A stretch of DNA of 64,000 bases from contig CAZIDX010000001.1 of NCBI GenBank assembly GCA_964538435.1, positions 203,304 to 267,303 of the forward strand. Direction: 5' to 3'. This DNA comes from an uncultured Gammaproteobacteria bacterium (GTDB taxonomy: Bacteria > Patescibacteriota > Patescibacteriia > UBA9934 > GWF2-40-263). The stretch's first letter is position 1. Each line of letters begins with the position of its first letter. Of this stretch, positions 27,406-38,602 are shown one piece after another. The notes below the pieces were generated by a model. It was not told where the DNA came from and made no database searches. It saw only the letters and a program-made list of their open reading frames with translations. The translations under genes were made by a program, and so were the position numbers.

Positions 27406-28641
27406 TTATTCGTACCTGAGCGCCTCAATCGGATTGAGCTTTGCTGCGCTACGAGCCGGGTAAATCCCAAACACAAGCCCAACAATTGTTGAAACAACAA
27501 AAGCCAAAAAGATTGCGTTTGGCGGCACGGAAATCATCCATCCATCCAAGAAAAAGCTCTTTACAATCCACCCAATCCCTATCGATGTAGCCGCTCCCAT
27601 TAAAACACCCACCAAACCACCAACCATTGTCAAAAGAACTGACTCTATCAAAAACTGTTTCATAATCTCACTATGTGTTGCCCCAACAGCCTTGCGAAGA
27701 CCGATCTCACGCGTACGCTCTGTCACAGACACGAGCATGATATTCATAATTCCAATTCCACCCACAATCAAAGAAATGGCAGCAATCGAAGACAAAAGAA
27801 TCGAAAGCACAGAACCCACAACCCCAATAATCTCTGTGGCATCCTCTTGCGAGCTCACAAAAAAGTTGTCTTTTGCCGGATCACCTTCTGGATTGTCAAT
27901 CTCATGCATCTCACGCATAATCCACCGAAGCTCTTCCTTTGCCTCTTCCACATTCCCGACTGCCACCGCGGCAATGTAGTTAATATAATCAACCCCAAGC
28001 ACATCACGCTGCATGGTTGTATACGGAATCGAGATGCGTTTATCTAAATTTTGAAAAAACCGACTCCCCTGTTTCTCAAACACACCAATCACTCGAAACG
28101 TTGTGCTCTTAATCTTAATCTTTTCTCCAACAGGATCCTGCTCACCAAAAAAATCTTCTGCAATTTCTACCCCAAGCACTGCTACTTTTTCATAAGAATC
28201 AATGTCTGACTTTTCTAAAAATCTTCCATACTTAAGGTCTGCAGGAAACACCCCAAGATACACTTCATCTGTTCCTTCGATCTGAGCATAATCACTAAAC
28301 TCACCATGACTCACAGCAACAGAAGTCATAATTGCAGGAGAAACAACATCAAAAAAATCCGATTCCTTCATTGCCTCAAGGTCATCATTTGTTATTGACT
28401 GCTCAATAAATGGATTTGGCGGACCAGCCATTGGATCACCACTTGCAGGCTCAACAAACACAAGATCTGATCCAAGATCAGTCACTTGCGACAAAATCAA
28501 ACTCTCTGCACCGCGACCGATAGCAAGCATTAAAATCACAGCAGCAATTCCAATCACAATACCCAAAACCGTCAAAAGAGAGCGGGACTTTGTCCGCAGA
28601 AGAGATTCTCCAGCTGTTCCAAATAGGTCTCTGTAATTCAT
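27406..28641 (-). CDS. MacB-family ABC transporter permease
   Basis: RSLLTVLGIVIGIAAV, GGIGIMNIMLVSVTERTREIGLRKAVGA, LNPIEALRYE. Confidence 0.93.
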   Translation of the reverse strand: MNYRDLFGTAGESLLRTKSRSLLTVLGIVIGIAAVILMLAIGRGAESLILSQVTDLGSDLVFVEPASGDPMAGPPNPFIEQSITNDDLEAMKESDFFDVVSPAIMTSVAVSHGEFSDYAQIEGTDEVYLGVFPADLKYGRFLEKSDIDSYEKVAVLGVEIAEDFFGEQDPVGEKIKIKSTTFRVIGVFEKQGSRFFQNLDKRISIPYTTMQRDVLGVDYINYIAAVAVGNVEEAKEELRWIMREMHEIDNPEGDPAKDNFFVSSQEDATEIIGVVGSVLSILLSSIAAISLIVGGIGIMNIMLVSVTERTREIGLRKAVGATHSEIMKQFLIESVLLTMVGGLVGVLMGAATSIGIGWIVKSFFLDGWMISVPPNAIFLAFVVSTIVGLVFGIYPARSAAKLNPIEALRYE

Positions 28642-28643
28642 AC

Positions 28644-29360
28644 TTACTTTTTATATCCCCCTCGTCGCTTTGTTCCGTTACTTGTATCTGATTCAAGCAA
28701 ACCGTCTCGCAAGCGAATAATTCGCCCAGCATACTCAGCCGCCTCTTCTTCATGAGTCACCATCACGATCGTGTGCCCTTGATTGTTTAACTCTGCTAAA
28801 AGCTCAAGCACCTGCTCGCCTGTTTTTGTGTCTAGATTCCCAGTCGGCTCATCAGCAAAAATAACAGAAGGATCATTCACAAGTGCGCGTGCGATGGCCA
28901 CACGTTGTTTTTCCCCACCTGAAAGCTGATTTGAGTAATGCCCAGCACGATGCTCCATTGCAACCGCCTCAATCGCCTTCATTGCCCTTTCCTTACGATC
29001 ACGTTTTGACACACCCGCATACACAACTGGAAGCATGACATTTGTAAGCACGGTAGATTTTGTAAGCAAGTTAAACGCCTGAAACACAAACCCAACCTTG
29101 TTACGACGCAAAATTGCCAAATCGTCATCTTCGTACTCACCAATATCTTTTCCTTCAAACAAGTATGTCCCATGCGTATGTTGATCCAAAAATCCAATAA
29201 TATGCATTAAAGTCGACTTTCCTGATCCTGACGGCCCCATAATCGCCACAAACTCCCCCTCCTCAATATCAAAAGTCACGCCGCGGAGTGCGCGCGTGAC
29301 CACATCGCCATTTACATAATGACGCTTAATGTCTTTGAGTTGAATAAGTGGATTAGACAT
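28644..29360 (-). CDS. MacB/LolD-type ABC ATP-binding protein
   Basis: [33 protein letters not shown]. Confidence 0.95.
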   Translation of the reverse strand: MSNPLIQLKDIKRHYVNGDVVTRALRGVTFDIEEGEFVAIMGPSGSGKSTLMHIIGFLDQHTHGTYLFEGKDIGEYEDDDLAILRRNKVGFVFQAFNLLTKSTVLTNVMLPVVYAGVSKRDRKERAMKAIEAVAMEHRAGHYSNQLSGGEKQRVAIARALVNDPSVIFADEPTGNLDTKTGEQVLELLAELNNQGHTIVMVTHEEEAAEYAGRIIRLRDGLLESDTSNGTKRRGGYKK

Positions 29361-31233
29361 CGATTTCTCGAATAACAATCTCGTCTCCCTCCTCAAGGCC
29401 AGTAATGATTTCCACGCGTCCCATATCAGCCTTCAAGCCAGTTGTAACTTCAACACGCTCAGGCTCTCCATTGCGAAGCACGCGCACATACTGTCCTTCC
29501 TCGTCCTCAAGCACAGCACGCTGCGGCAATGAGAACACATCACTTCGACTGTCTGTAAGAATTTCAAGATCAGCTGAAAGACCTGGGCGCAAGCTAAGCG
29601 AATCCTCTGCATCATCGAGGTAAACCGTAATTTCGTAGTAAACAACACCTTCTACGAGTTTTTCTGCAGGATCAATCTTTCCAACAAATGCATCAAACTT
29701 CACATCATCGCCAAACGCATCAAACGTGATTACAACAGGATCACTAAGCTTTACCTTTGTGATATCTGACTCTGAAATATCAGCTAAAATCTCAAACTGC
29801 TCATCTGTCGTCTGAACCACAATAATCGGCGTTGCTGCCACAACCTGTTCACCAACATCATATGACACATCTGTTACACGCCCAGAGATTGGGGATCGAA
29901 TCTCGGCATTATCAAGCCGCGCCAGCGCAGACGAATAGGTTGCCTGAGCGCGAGCAACCTCTGCTTCATACGAGGCCAAGTCAACCTCTCGTGGATCAGC
30001 TTCTGTCTGAGCAAGATTGGCCTCTGACTGTGCAAGCTCTGCAGTGCGAATTGCAACTGAAGCCTGAGCAGAAGAAAGATTCTGTGTTGCAGTAATCACC
30101 TGATAATCACGAACCGCCTGAGCGGAGGTATAAGCCGACTGAGCCTGAGTAAGTGCATTCGATGCATCTTCAATAGCAGCGTTTGTCGTATCAATGGCCG
30201 TCTCAAGTGTTTGGAAACTGTTCTCAAGTGCAGCCTGATCAGCTTGCACGTACGCACGCGCTGTATCAATTCCAGAAGCAAGTGTTGATCGCTCTGCAGC
30301 AGTAAAATTACTTGCTGTTGGTGTGGCGTCAACCACTTGCCTTGTGTAAAGAAGCACGCGAGCAGCATCATTCACAGCCGTCTCTGCAAGCCCAGCTGCA
30401 GAGTAAATCAATGACTGACTAGAACTATACGTAAGATTTGCAATCGCAACTTCAGCCGCATCCCGACTCTCCTCTGCAGTGTAAAACGCAGCCTTTGCAT
30501 TTGTATAAGCTTCTTTATTTGTTGCTGAAAGCACGCTCTCATAATCATCATTCGAATACCCAGCCCGCACCCCCAACACCTCATCCGCAGTCGCAAGTCC
30601 ACTTCGAGCCTCAATCACAGCTGCCCAAGCAGAACTCAAGAGATCTCCATAGGCATCAGATAATGTCTGACTGTTTGAAACCGTTGTTTGATCATAATCA
30701 TCCTGCGCACTCTCATGAGCAACACGCGCAGCATCTACGTCCGCATCATATTGAGTCTCAATCAAAGGAAGTAGCGCCTCAGCGGTACTGTAATCAATAT
30801 TTGCCGAGTCAAGCATAGCCTGATAGATCTGAACAGCTGATGAAGCCACATCAATCGCCTCACCTGTTGAACCAGCCTGCATGAGCTCAAGATTCGCCTG
30901 CGCAACCTGCACAGCCTGGTACGCGCTCTGCACATCTGCAATAAGCTCAGTGGTATCCAAGACAGCAAGAAGCGTGTCTGGCTCAACAGTATCTCCAACT
31001 GAAACAAGAACCTGATCCAAGGTTCCAGACAGATCAAAAGACAGATCAACTTCATCAACAGAAATGGCTTCACCACTGCTATCAACCGTTTGTGTCAGAG
31101 CGCTGCTTTCAATCCTCTCAGTCACATACGAGACATCATCTCCCCCAGAAAACAAGAAGGATCCTCCAATGAGTATCACAATAGTCACGATGACCCAAAG
31201 CCACCACTTTTTCAAAATTTTCGGTAATTTCAT
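29353..31233 (-). CDS. MacA-like periplasmic adaptor with long coiled coil
   Basis: N-terminal TM, lipoyl halves, IRSPISGRV, LRPGLSA, EIITGLEEGD. Confidence 0.88.
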   Translation of the reverse strand: MKLPKILKKWWLWVIVTIVILIGGSFLFSGGDDVSYVTERIESSALTQTVDSSGEAISVDEVDLSFDLSGTLDQVLVSVGDTVEPDTLLAVLDTTELIADVQSAYQAVQVAQANLELMQAGSTGEAIDVASSAVQIYQAMLDSANIDYSTAEALLPLIETQYDADVDAARVAHESAQDDYDQTTVSNSQTLSDAYGDLLSSAWAAVIEARSGLATADEVLGVRAGYSNDDYESVLSATNKEAYTNAKAAFYTAEESRDAAEVAIANLTYSSSQSLIYSAAGLAETAVNDAARVLLYTRQVVDATPTASNFTAAERSTLASGIDTARAYVQADQAALENSFQTLETAIDTTNAAIEDASNALTQAQSAYTSAQAVRDYQVITATQNLSSAQASVAIRTAELAQSEANLAQTEADPREVDLASYEAEVARAQATYSSALARLDNAEIRSPISGRVTDVSYDVGEQVVAATPIIVVQTTDEQFEILADISESDITKVKLSDPVVITFDAFGDDVKFDAFVGKIDPAEKLVEGVVYYEITVYLDDAEDSLSLRPGLSADLEILTDSRSDVFSLPQRAVLEDEEGQYVRVLRNGEPERVEVTTGLKADMGRVEIITGLEEGDEIVIREIDV

Positions 31234-31310
31234 AACAAACATATTATATCACGAACCAATTTTCAGCCCAATAAGAAAGCTCCCGAGATTACTCCCAGGA
31301 GCGCGTTGCG

Positions 31311-32579
31311 TCAAGGTGCTGGCGGATACTTGTTGGCCTCTGCCTGTTCCAAACGCATGAAGAAGTGTTCGAGAGCCGCCTGGCCTTCCGGCCTAGGATT
31401 CTCCTGCACAACCAGTGAGAGCCGTGCCACTTCATCGTATTCATCGAGCGCGTCATAGAGCTTGAGCGCTGCGTCGCTGTAACCAACCTCTTCCATTGAC
31501 TTCGCAAACGCGTAGAGTTCCTGCGTCTGCTCGTCTGCACTCAGCCCTGTCCGTGGATACCACAGAAAAAGCCGGGCCAGTTGATGTGGGTTGCACGGCT
31601 TGGGAAGATCCAGCCACGGCGCATACGGATTTCCCCCAAACACGAACGTGTTGGCTGCGTCGCTCACCACCTCCCAGGCGGCATTTTGTGCATCTTCTTC
31701 CATCCCAAGCTCACGATACATACTGTACGAACGGTGCGGCTCTGGACGCGGATGCCCATCCTCACAGATGTGCAGCGTCATGAAGTAGTCAGCTAGATGC
31801 GTTTTCCACTGCCGTTGCTTGACCGTGTGTCCAAGCACCTCAGAGAGCCACATGAGATGATCGAGCCGTTCTGCAAGCATTGAACACCAGAACGGATCCT
31901 GCACATCTGCATGCGCGAGCTGCATCATATACTCGTCTGTGTATCGAACCTTGGGATCAAAGCCGTCTTCTTTCTCGATCACGACCTCGAAAAACTGTTC
32001 GTACTCCTGAGCCTTGGGCAGAAGCTTCTCGTCACCCCCACTGGCATCCCACGCTCGGCGGAAAATCCAGAACGCATCCTCGGGATCATGAACCCCGGCC
32101 CCTGCTTGAGCTTCAGCTCCAGCTGCCTTGAGCCAGACATCGAACGTGTCGAGGTACTGATCGATCGCAGCGTGGTGCACGGGAATGAGATCCACGTAAG
32201 CTCGCATGATGGTCAGATGATCTGTGCTTCGGTCTGCCACATCCTGAATCTCCGAAAAAACCCCGCTGGCTTCATCGAAAAGATCCGGATCGTTCTGGAC
32301 CGCACGGATCCAGTTGCTCACCATGGTGGACTCGCTGTAGTACTCGCCTTGTCGCCACTGCTCAGTGTACTTACGTGCTCGCTCGAGCTCGTTCAAGGGT
32401 GGCGCCAAAGGCTCAGGCTCATACAGCTCTGTTTCAAGCTGCTCCTCCTGCACCGAACCATCGTCATCAGCGTAATCATTGCTCTCATAGCTTGGATCCC
32501 AGCTAATCACCACAAAGGCAATCACCGCGAACACCCCAAGCCCGAGCCATGCCTTCCAACTACCAGGCTTCGCTTCCAC
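31311..32579 (-). CDS. membrane-anchored hypothetical protein
   Basis: GTG start after GGAGGG; N-terminal TM; GC-rich codon usage. Confidence 0.7.
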   Translation of the reverse strand: MEAKPGSWKAWLGLGVFAVIAFVVISWDPSYESNDYADDDGSVQEEQLETELYEPEPLAPPLNELERARKYTEQWRQGEYYSESTMVSNWIRAVQNDPDLFDEASGVFSEIQDVADRSTDHLTIMRAYVDLIPVHHAAIDQYLDTFDVWLKAAGAEAQAGAGVHDPEDAFWIFRRAWDASGGDEKLLPKAQEYEQFFEVVIEKEDGFDPKVRYTDEYMMQLAHADVQDPFWCSMLAERLDHLMWLSEVLGHTVKQRQWKTHLADYFMTLHICEDGHPRPEPHRSYSMYRELGMEEDAQNAAWEVVSDAANTFVFGGNPYAPWLDLPKPCNPHQLARLFLWYPRTGLSADEQTQELYAFAKSMEEVGYSDAALKLYDALDEYDEVARLSLVVQENPRPEGQAALEHFFMRLEQAEANKYPPAP

Positions 32580-32747
32580 GTTCCCTCCAGTGTTCGTACA
32601 TTTTGACGTACACGCAAAACTACCCCAAAAACACTCCATTGTCAATCAAAAACATACTGAAATATTGACAAGTGCCGTTATTCTGTGTGTTATCACTTGC
32701 TTCAGACTCACAGAAAGCAACATTCTGGACCTAACCTGGGAGGCATC

Positions 32748-33551
32748 ATGCCATCCGAAACCGCAGCGAAACTGCTCGAAAACTGGCTCAAGCGCGGATA
32801 CATGCGCTCGCGGGTCGAAGAATACGCACAGTCCCTACGCTCCAGTGATGACAGCTTCTACACATCAACTCTCGATCACAAGGGAAAAGATGCAGCCGAA
32901 GCTCATCTCGCCGAGATGATCGCCAAGCGTCACATGCACGAGTTCGCGAACGCCATCGAGCCGGCTGTCCGAGGCCTGCTCGCCCTGGCCAAGATCGAAG
33001 ACAAGGGCCTCATCAGGATTCTGGACCCCTCCATCTCGCTCGAGAGCGATTACAACTTTGCCTTCACCGAAGCCACGCTCGTGTTCAAGAACGAGATGGC
33101 TCCGGGATGCAGCTGCATGCAACCCCAGGGCAGCAACATCTTCGGTCGCTGGGGATCCGACCTGGAGCTGATCGCTGTCACCCTGCGCGTCGGAACCCAC
33201 CGCGATGGATACCCGGTCGCCAAGCTCGGCCTGGTCATGCCTTGCCGTCAGGTCGTCCGCTATGGCAAGAACGCTCGCGAAGCTTACACCATCCTCACCT
33301 TCGACCTCAAAGGCGACAACGGAGGTTCGCAGTACACACTCGAAGACGACCACTTGGTGCACTTCGCACACCTGATCGGTGAACAAAGTGATAGAAACAT
33401 GATGGTGGGCACCATGACGGGTGGCAGCATCTCTACCCGCGTCGGCTTCCCCGGCGCCAGCGACTACTTCGCCAAGTATCTCAAGGACCTCGGCCCCTTC
33501 CTCGAAGGTCTGGCCAAGCACCTCGATCCGGATCACCTGCTCCAGCACTGA
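32748..33551 (+). CDS. hypothetical protein
   Basis: GGGAGG SD before ATG; C/G-ending codons; hairpin after stop. Confidence 0.7.
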   Translation: MPSETAAKLLENWLKRGYMRSRVEEYAQSLRSSDDSFYTSTLDHKGKDAAEAHLAEMIAKRHMHEFANAIEPAVRGLLALAKIEDKGLIRILDPSISLESDYNFAFTEATLVFKNEMAPGCSCMQPQGSNIFGRWGSDLELIAVTLRVGTHRDGYPVAKLGLVMPCRQVVRYGKNAREAYTILTFDLKGDNGGSQYTLEDDHLVHFAHLIGEQSDRNMMVGTMTGGSISTRVGFPGASDYFAKYLKDLGPFLEGLAKHLDPDHLLQH

Positions 33552-33652
33552 TCCACAACCGCTACGCACCCGACAAGGACGCATCCGCTTCCTACCGGGT
33601 GCGTCTTTGTTTTCAAACAGAAAAGAGACCAGGGGGTCTCTTGCGTGTGAAC

Positions 33653-34765
33653 CTACAGGTCCACCGTGTTGGAGCGAAGCCACTCTGCTTGTGGCGGCTC
33701 CCAGGTCTCGGTTGAATCCCCGAGGTCTGCGGGGTCAGTGTAGCTACGGATGTAGCTTGCCACATCAAACTGTCCGATCTCGTCAGCGTACTCCGCTCCC
33801 TGGTTCAGGAGCATGACCAGCGAACGGTCGTTCATGCCCGACAGTGCATACCAGAGCACTGCCTCATCAACGAGCTCCTCGTCACTTCCAGACACCTGGA
33901 GCTCCTGAACGAACTGCTCCTGACACGCATTGAGTTCGACCGGTGTCGTCCCAACAGCCGCTGTGAGCGCTGCATTCCCCATGGAAACCGCTGCAGCCTG
34001 AGCCTCGACCTCCATCTGGCCGCCATGATACAGCATCCAGGCCATCTGGGGATCGTATGTGCCATCCGGCACGCCCCCGCACATGTAGCACGACAGAGCA
34101 GCATCACCGCCATGCATCATCCAGATCTTGCGGTCGTGCATACCCAGAAGGTCTCCGAGCATCCCAACCATCATGATCTGGTTTGAAAGACTGGTGCACA
34201 CAAACGGATCGTACGGAGCATTGACCTCCTCGCTGTCTCGGTAACGACTCGCTGGATTGAATCCTGCAAGCCGAATCCGAGTCCGCCCCAAATCGTAGAG
34301 CATCTCCAGAGCCGGAACTAGATGAGGCGTCTGCGTCGCGTACCAATGATCCCAGGTCATGGCGTACACAACGATGTACAAGTCATCGTTCTTGATGTCC
34401 GAGTCGATCAGGTCTCTGGCAAAAGACTCGTAGCGGCTATACGCACTCGGAAACTCTTCACCAGCCATCAGGTAGAGACCAGCGATGCTCAGAGGCTCGT
34501 ACGCACTCTGGTCATTGCGCCAGACCTCTTCGGCGATTGACGCAAGACCCAGAACCTCGTTGCCGGTCAGTTGAACCGGATTCTCACCGTTCTCGTCCAC
34601 GAGAAAAACCGTATGGCCCTCTTCTGTCTGCACGAGCACAATCAGATCTGGACTCGGAAGAGTGCTTGCCGCACGATCCATGCTCGTCACCAGCACCAAC
34701 GCAGCCACCAGGATCACACCCAACACAATCGCGACGTACTTTTGCATCCGTTTCCTCCAGCTCAC
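33653..34765 (-). CDS. membrane-anchored hypothetical protein
   Basis: N-terminal TM; C-terminal part resembles 31311-32579 in style (LWYALSG vs LWYPRTG). Confidence 0.7.
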   Translation of the reverse strand: MSWRKRMQKYVAIVLGVILVAALVLVTSMDRAASTLPSPDLIVLVQTEEGHTVFLVDENGENPVQLTGNEVLGLASIAEEVWRNDQSAYEPLSIAGLYLMAGEEFPSAYSRYESFARDLIDSDIKNDDLYIVVYAMTWDHWYATQTPHLVPALEMLYDLGRTRIRLAGFNPASRYRDSEEVNAPYDPFVCTSLSNQIMMVGMLGDLLGMHDRKIWMMHGGDAALSCYMCGGVPDGTYDPQMAWMLYHGGQMEVEAQAAAVSMGNAALTAAVGTTPVELNACQEQFVQELQVSGSDEELVDEAVLWYALSGMNDRSLVMLLNQGAEYADEIGQFDVASYIRSYTDPADLGDSTETWEPPQAEWLRSNTVDL

Positions 34766-34915
34766 CCCTGTTTGTCAGGAGCCCCCATCCTGTCACAACC
34801 CAAATCCACTGTCAATCAAGTCCTCACGTATTCACCTGACCGTCCCCCACCTATCATTATCCAACATTATCCAATAATTCCTAATACTTAACACTAATAG
34901 ATCTTCATACACTAA

Positions 34916-35078
34916 GGGGCCGGGTCGTTACTTGTAGCATTTCACTTTTTCATACGTTTATATCAAAAAAATTAATTTAGTATTCACTAAATATGTATTT
35001 GTGTTACAAAAAGTGCCACCATACAACCTATTACACTCAGATATAAAATGAGAATGCTACAAGTAACGACCCGGCCCC
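34916..35078. mobile_element. MITE-like element with 26-bp perfect TIRs
   Basis: GGGGCCGGGTCGTTACTTGTAGCATT (34916-34941) and its exact reverse complement (35053-35078); AT-rich non-coding interior. Confidence 0.8.
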
Positions 35079-35135
35079 CGCCAACCTAAATCCACTACCA
35101 ACAAAAAACAGACCGTAATGGCCTGTTTTCTCTTT

Positions 35136-35471
35136 TTACCAAACTCTTCTACCTTCTGAAGCCTCATCCCCTTCTGTATCCTCATCCAGCTCAACCTCCA
35201 TATTTGCCTCAATTGCATCAACAAATTTCCAACCTTCTTCTTCCTCCACTTCCAGACTGTAATTATAATCACAGTTCCCCTCACTCGGAGTCCCTTCATA
35301 ATCTCCAAACGGACGAGGAATCCTGTCAAATTCGATTTCATCTCGACTCTTACACTCTCCACTCCAGATAACCTCCTCTCGCCCCTTTGTCTGAACAGGT
35401 TCAGACAAGCTCCCCGGCTCATCTCGCTCTACAGCATAAATATGCTCTTTTTGCACGATTCGAAACTTCAT
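35136..35471 (-). CDS. acidic hypothetical protein
   Basis: 111-aa ORF directly downstream of rpoD. Confidence 0.6.
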   Translation of the reverse strand: MKFRIVQKEHIYAVERDEPGSLSEPVQTKGREEVIWSGECKSRDEIEFDRIPRPFGDYEGTPSEGNCDYNYSLEVEEEEGWKFVDAIEANMEVELDEDTEGDEASEGRRVW

Positions 35472-35480
35472 ACATTTTGA

Positions 35481-36716
35481 TTAATAATCTCTAAGCTTCT
35501 CAATAAGTGGATTCGCTTGAATCTTCTCAAGCGCCTTTGCCTCAATCTGACGAATACGCTCACGAGTCACATCAAACTCCCGACCAACTTCCTCGAGCGT
35601 ATGACTTACCCCGTCTGTCAGCCCAAAGCGCATTTCCAGAATCTTCTGCTCACGTGGAGTCAAGCCCTCCATGGACTCAAGCACATAGTTGCGTAAAAGC
35701 TCTCGTCCAGCACTCCTGTCAGGTGAAATTGTCTTTACATCCTCGATAAAGTCCTGAAGCTTTGAATCTTCATCATCGTCTCCAACACTTGTCTCAAGCG
35801 AAACTGTGTCTTGCGAAATCTTTCTGATGTGACGAACTTTATCTACTGGCTGCCCCATCTCAGCAGCAATCTCTTCTGGAAGAGGCTCACGACCCAGGTC
35901 CTGAATAAGCTGACGCTCAATCTGTTGAAACTTATTAATCGTCTCAACCATGTGCACTGGAATACGAATGGTTCGAGACTGATCAGCAAGCGCACGCGTA
36001 ATCGCCTGACGAATCCACCAAGTCGCATACGTAGAGAACTTATAACCCTTTCTGTACTCAAACTTTTTCACTGCACGGAAGAGCCCCACATTTCCCTCTT
36101 GGATAAGATCCAAAAGTGACATGGACTTTCCTACAAATTTCTTTGCAATCGACACAACCAATCGAAGGTTGGCCTCAATAAGTCGTCGCTCTGCTTCTTT
36201 TTCGTTTCGCTCCTTTCGCTTTGCTAGACCAACTTCCTGCTCTGCAGTAAGAAGCGGAATTTTTCCAATCTCGCGCAAGTACATCTGAATTGAATCCTGG
36301 GTGATCTCTGGAAGCTCTGAGCGACGCGCCTCATCTGAAAGACGAATCTTGTCATACACTTCATCACGTTCCTTGTCTCGTCCAAGAATCCCCTCCTTGA
36401 GCTCAACAAAGTGAACTCCAACACGATCCAACTCTTCTAGAAACTCCTCAAACAAATCAACATAGTCCTCCACCTCAACAAACGTAAACAAGATTTCATT
36501 CTCTGTGATGTATCCACGGCGCTGCCCTTTGGCAATCAAGTTATCAAGGATCTCGTATGAAGGCGGAGCTGATCGTTTGTATCGCGGCTTTCGCGCTTTC
36601 TTCACTTTCTTTGGCGCAGCTTTCTTTGTTGTTTTTGCTGCTTTCTTTTTTACTGCTTTTTTCTTTGGTGCAGCTTTTTTTGCGGTAGTCTTTTTCTTCG
36701 TAGGTGTCTTTGGCAT
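35481..36716 (-). CDS. rpoD: RNA polymerase primary sigma factor
   Basis: [49 protein letters not shown]; Lys/Ala-rich N-terminus. Confidence 0.96.
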   Translation of the reverse strand: MPKTPTKKKTTAKKAAPKKKAVKKKAAKTTKKAAPKKVKKARKPRYKRSAPPSYEILDNLIAKGQRRGYITENEILFTFVEVEDYVDLFEEFLEELDRVGVHFVELKEGILGRDKERDEVYDKIRLSDEARRSELPEITQDSIQMYLREIGKIPLLTAEQEVGLAKRKERNEKEAERRLIEANLRLVVSIAKKFVGKSMSLLDLIQEGNVGLFRAVKKFEYRKGYKFSTYATWWIRQAITRALADQSRTIRIPVHMVETINKFQQIERQLIQDLGREPLPEEIAAEMGQPVDKVRHIRKISQDTVSLETSVGDDDEDSKLQDFIEDVKTISPDRSAGRELLRNYVLESMEGLTPREQKILEMRFGLTDGVSHTLEEVGREFDVTRERIRQIEAKALEKIQANPLIEKLRDY

Positions 36717-36779
36717 AACGCAAATATTCTTCCCGACGCCTATTTGGGTCGAGGCATTGGCCCGAAGCAAAGTCCTCAG

Positions 36780-38549
36780 CTATTGCTCGAGCTGTTTTAA
36801 TAATGCAGCAACAGCGTCCTTATCTCCCGCCGCTTCTGCTTGTCGAAGTTGACGCGCAAGCTCTGCACGTCGAAGTTTTGTCTTGTTGCGATCAAGCACA
36901 ACAAATAAATTGTCGAGTTGTTCCAGCACCTGTATGCGCGATAGTTCAGCAAAGGTTTGTTCGGCCAAAAGTGATGATGTATCGACGATCGACAAAAGTT
37001 GATCTCGATCTTGGCGGCCTTCTACCTTGTTGCGGACTCGCGAAAATATTGATTTCTGTGCTGAATTGCTAGCAAAATCATACTCTTCTTCGAGCATCTT
37101 GTAAAGCGTTATCCACAGATCGCTTGACGGACGATAATCCTTTGTTCTCTCCAAAATCTCCCTATCTTCAGTAGTTAATACGTACCCAAACACAAGAAGC
37201 TGAATCCTCTTCTCCTTGCTCATCTTTTCAACCTCAGGCTTCTTTGCCTTTGTTTGAGCTTGTTTCACTGTCTTTTTTGGAGAAATAGATTCCCGAAGCG
37301 CCTTAATATCAACCTTTAAAAGATCCGAGACGATTTGCAGCCAATGCTCCCGCTCAACAACATCCTGCACCTCACTTATTGCAGGTAAAAGCTCTTTTCC
37401 AACCGCTCGCTTATCATCAACGCTCGACAAGTCTTTACCCTTTGTCACATGCGAAATCAAAAACTCCATGATTGGCACAGACGCTTCTGTCAGCTGCTTC
37501 CACGCGCTTGCATCTTTTTGCACAAGCTCATCTGGATCTTTTACATCATCTGGCAAAATCGCAGCCCGAATATCCAATCCCAAACCACGCGCAAGCGACA
37601 TCCCTTTCTTTGCTGCTGCAAACCCAGCCGCATCAGAGTCAAACGCAAACACAATCGTCTCTGTGTAACGCTTGAGCAGCGTGAGCTGATCTTCAGTTAA
37701 TGCCGTGCCTGAGCTTGCAACAATATGCTTCACATCTGCCTTGTGCGATGCAACAACATCAAGGTTGCCTTCTGTCACGATAATAAACCCAGCATGCTTT
37801 GCTGGCTGCTTGGCAAGATCAAGGCCATACACCAACTGACTCTTATTATAAATCGGTGTCTGAGGCGAGTTCATGTACTTAGGTCCTGCCTTGTCATCCC
37901 CTGGCATGGCTCTTCCTGTAAACCCAACCGTATTGCCATGATGATCTCGAAGCGGAATCATAATCCGATTCCTAAACCGATCGATCACTCCCGTTCCTCT
38001 CTTCTTTTTCATCCCAAGCCCAGCAACCACAATCTCAGACTCTGAATAGCCGCGCTTAAGCAAAAGTTTGCAAAGCCGATCCCACTCATCTGGCGCGTAC
38101 CCAATCCCAAATGTCACCAAAAGCTCTTCACTCATTCCACGCCCCTCAACATACGCCCTTGCCTGCTTTGAACCATCTGAATCTGAAAGTACTTTGCAAT
38201 AAAACTTCTCAGCAAGCTCATGCATGGCAAGCAGCCGCTGTTTTTGATTCCCTTCGGTTGTGCTAAACCGCTTCACCTCCACCCCAACCTTTTTCCCAAG
38301 ATGAATAAGCGCTTCTGGAAAACTCATACCTTCCATGCGCTGCACAAAACTGTAGCAGTCACCACCCTCACCGCACCCAAAGCAATGCCAGATCTGCTTA
38401 TCTGTTGAAACATGAAAAGAAGGAGTCTTTTCCGCATGAAACGGACAAAGCCCCTTAAACGAATGCGTCCCAGATGGCTTGAGTGTCAAATACTCAGCAA
38501 TCAGCTCCGCAATATCGATCTTGTCTTTAATTTCATCTTTCGGATCCAT
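36780..38549 (-). CDS. dnaG: DNA primase
   Basis: CPFHAEKTPSF..CFGC Zn finger, KYMNSP, TOPRIM EG..D, FDSD. Confidence 0.97.
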   Translation of the reverse strand: MDPKDEIKDKIDIAELIAEYLTLKPSGTHSFKGLCPFHAEKTPSFHVSTDKQIWHCFGCGEGGDCYSFVQRMEGMSFPEALIHLGKKVGVEVKRFSTTEGNQKQRLLAMHELAEKFYCKVLSDSDGSKQARAYVEGRGMSEELLVTFGIGYAPDEWDRLCKLLLKRGYSESEIVVAGLGMKKKRGTGVIDRFRNRIMIPLRDHHGNTVGFTGRAMPGDDKAGPKYMNSPQTPIYNKSQLVYGLDLAKQPAKHAGFIIVTEGNLDVVASHKADVKHIVASSGTALTEDQLTLLKRYTETIVFAFDSDAAGFAAAKKGMSLARGLGLDIRAAILPDDVKDPDELVQKDASAWKQLTEASVPIMEFLISHVTKGKDLSSVDDKRAVGKELLPAISEVQDVVEREHWLQIVSDLLKVDIKALRESISPKKTVKQAQTKAKKPEVEKMSKEKRIQLLVFGYVLTTEDREILERTKDYRPSSDLWITLYKMLEEEYDFASNSAQKSIFSRVRNKVEGRQDRDQLLSIVDTSSLLAEQTFAELSRIQVLEQLDNLFVVLDRNKTKLRRAELARQLRQAEAAGDKDAVAALLKQLEQ

Positions 38550-38602
38550 GTACGCACACTTTAACCCAATCCAAAAACGGGGTCCAATCCCCGCTTTTTA
38601 AA

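Noticed and set aside
32865-33683. 272-aa minus-strand ORF
   Set aside because: Antisense shadow of the GC-rich plus-strand gene that has the SD, promoter and codon bias
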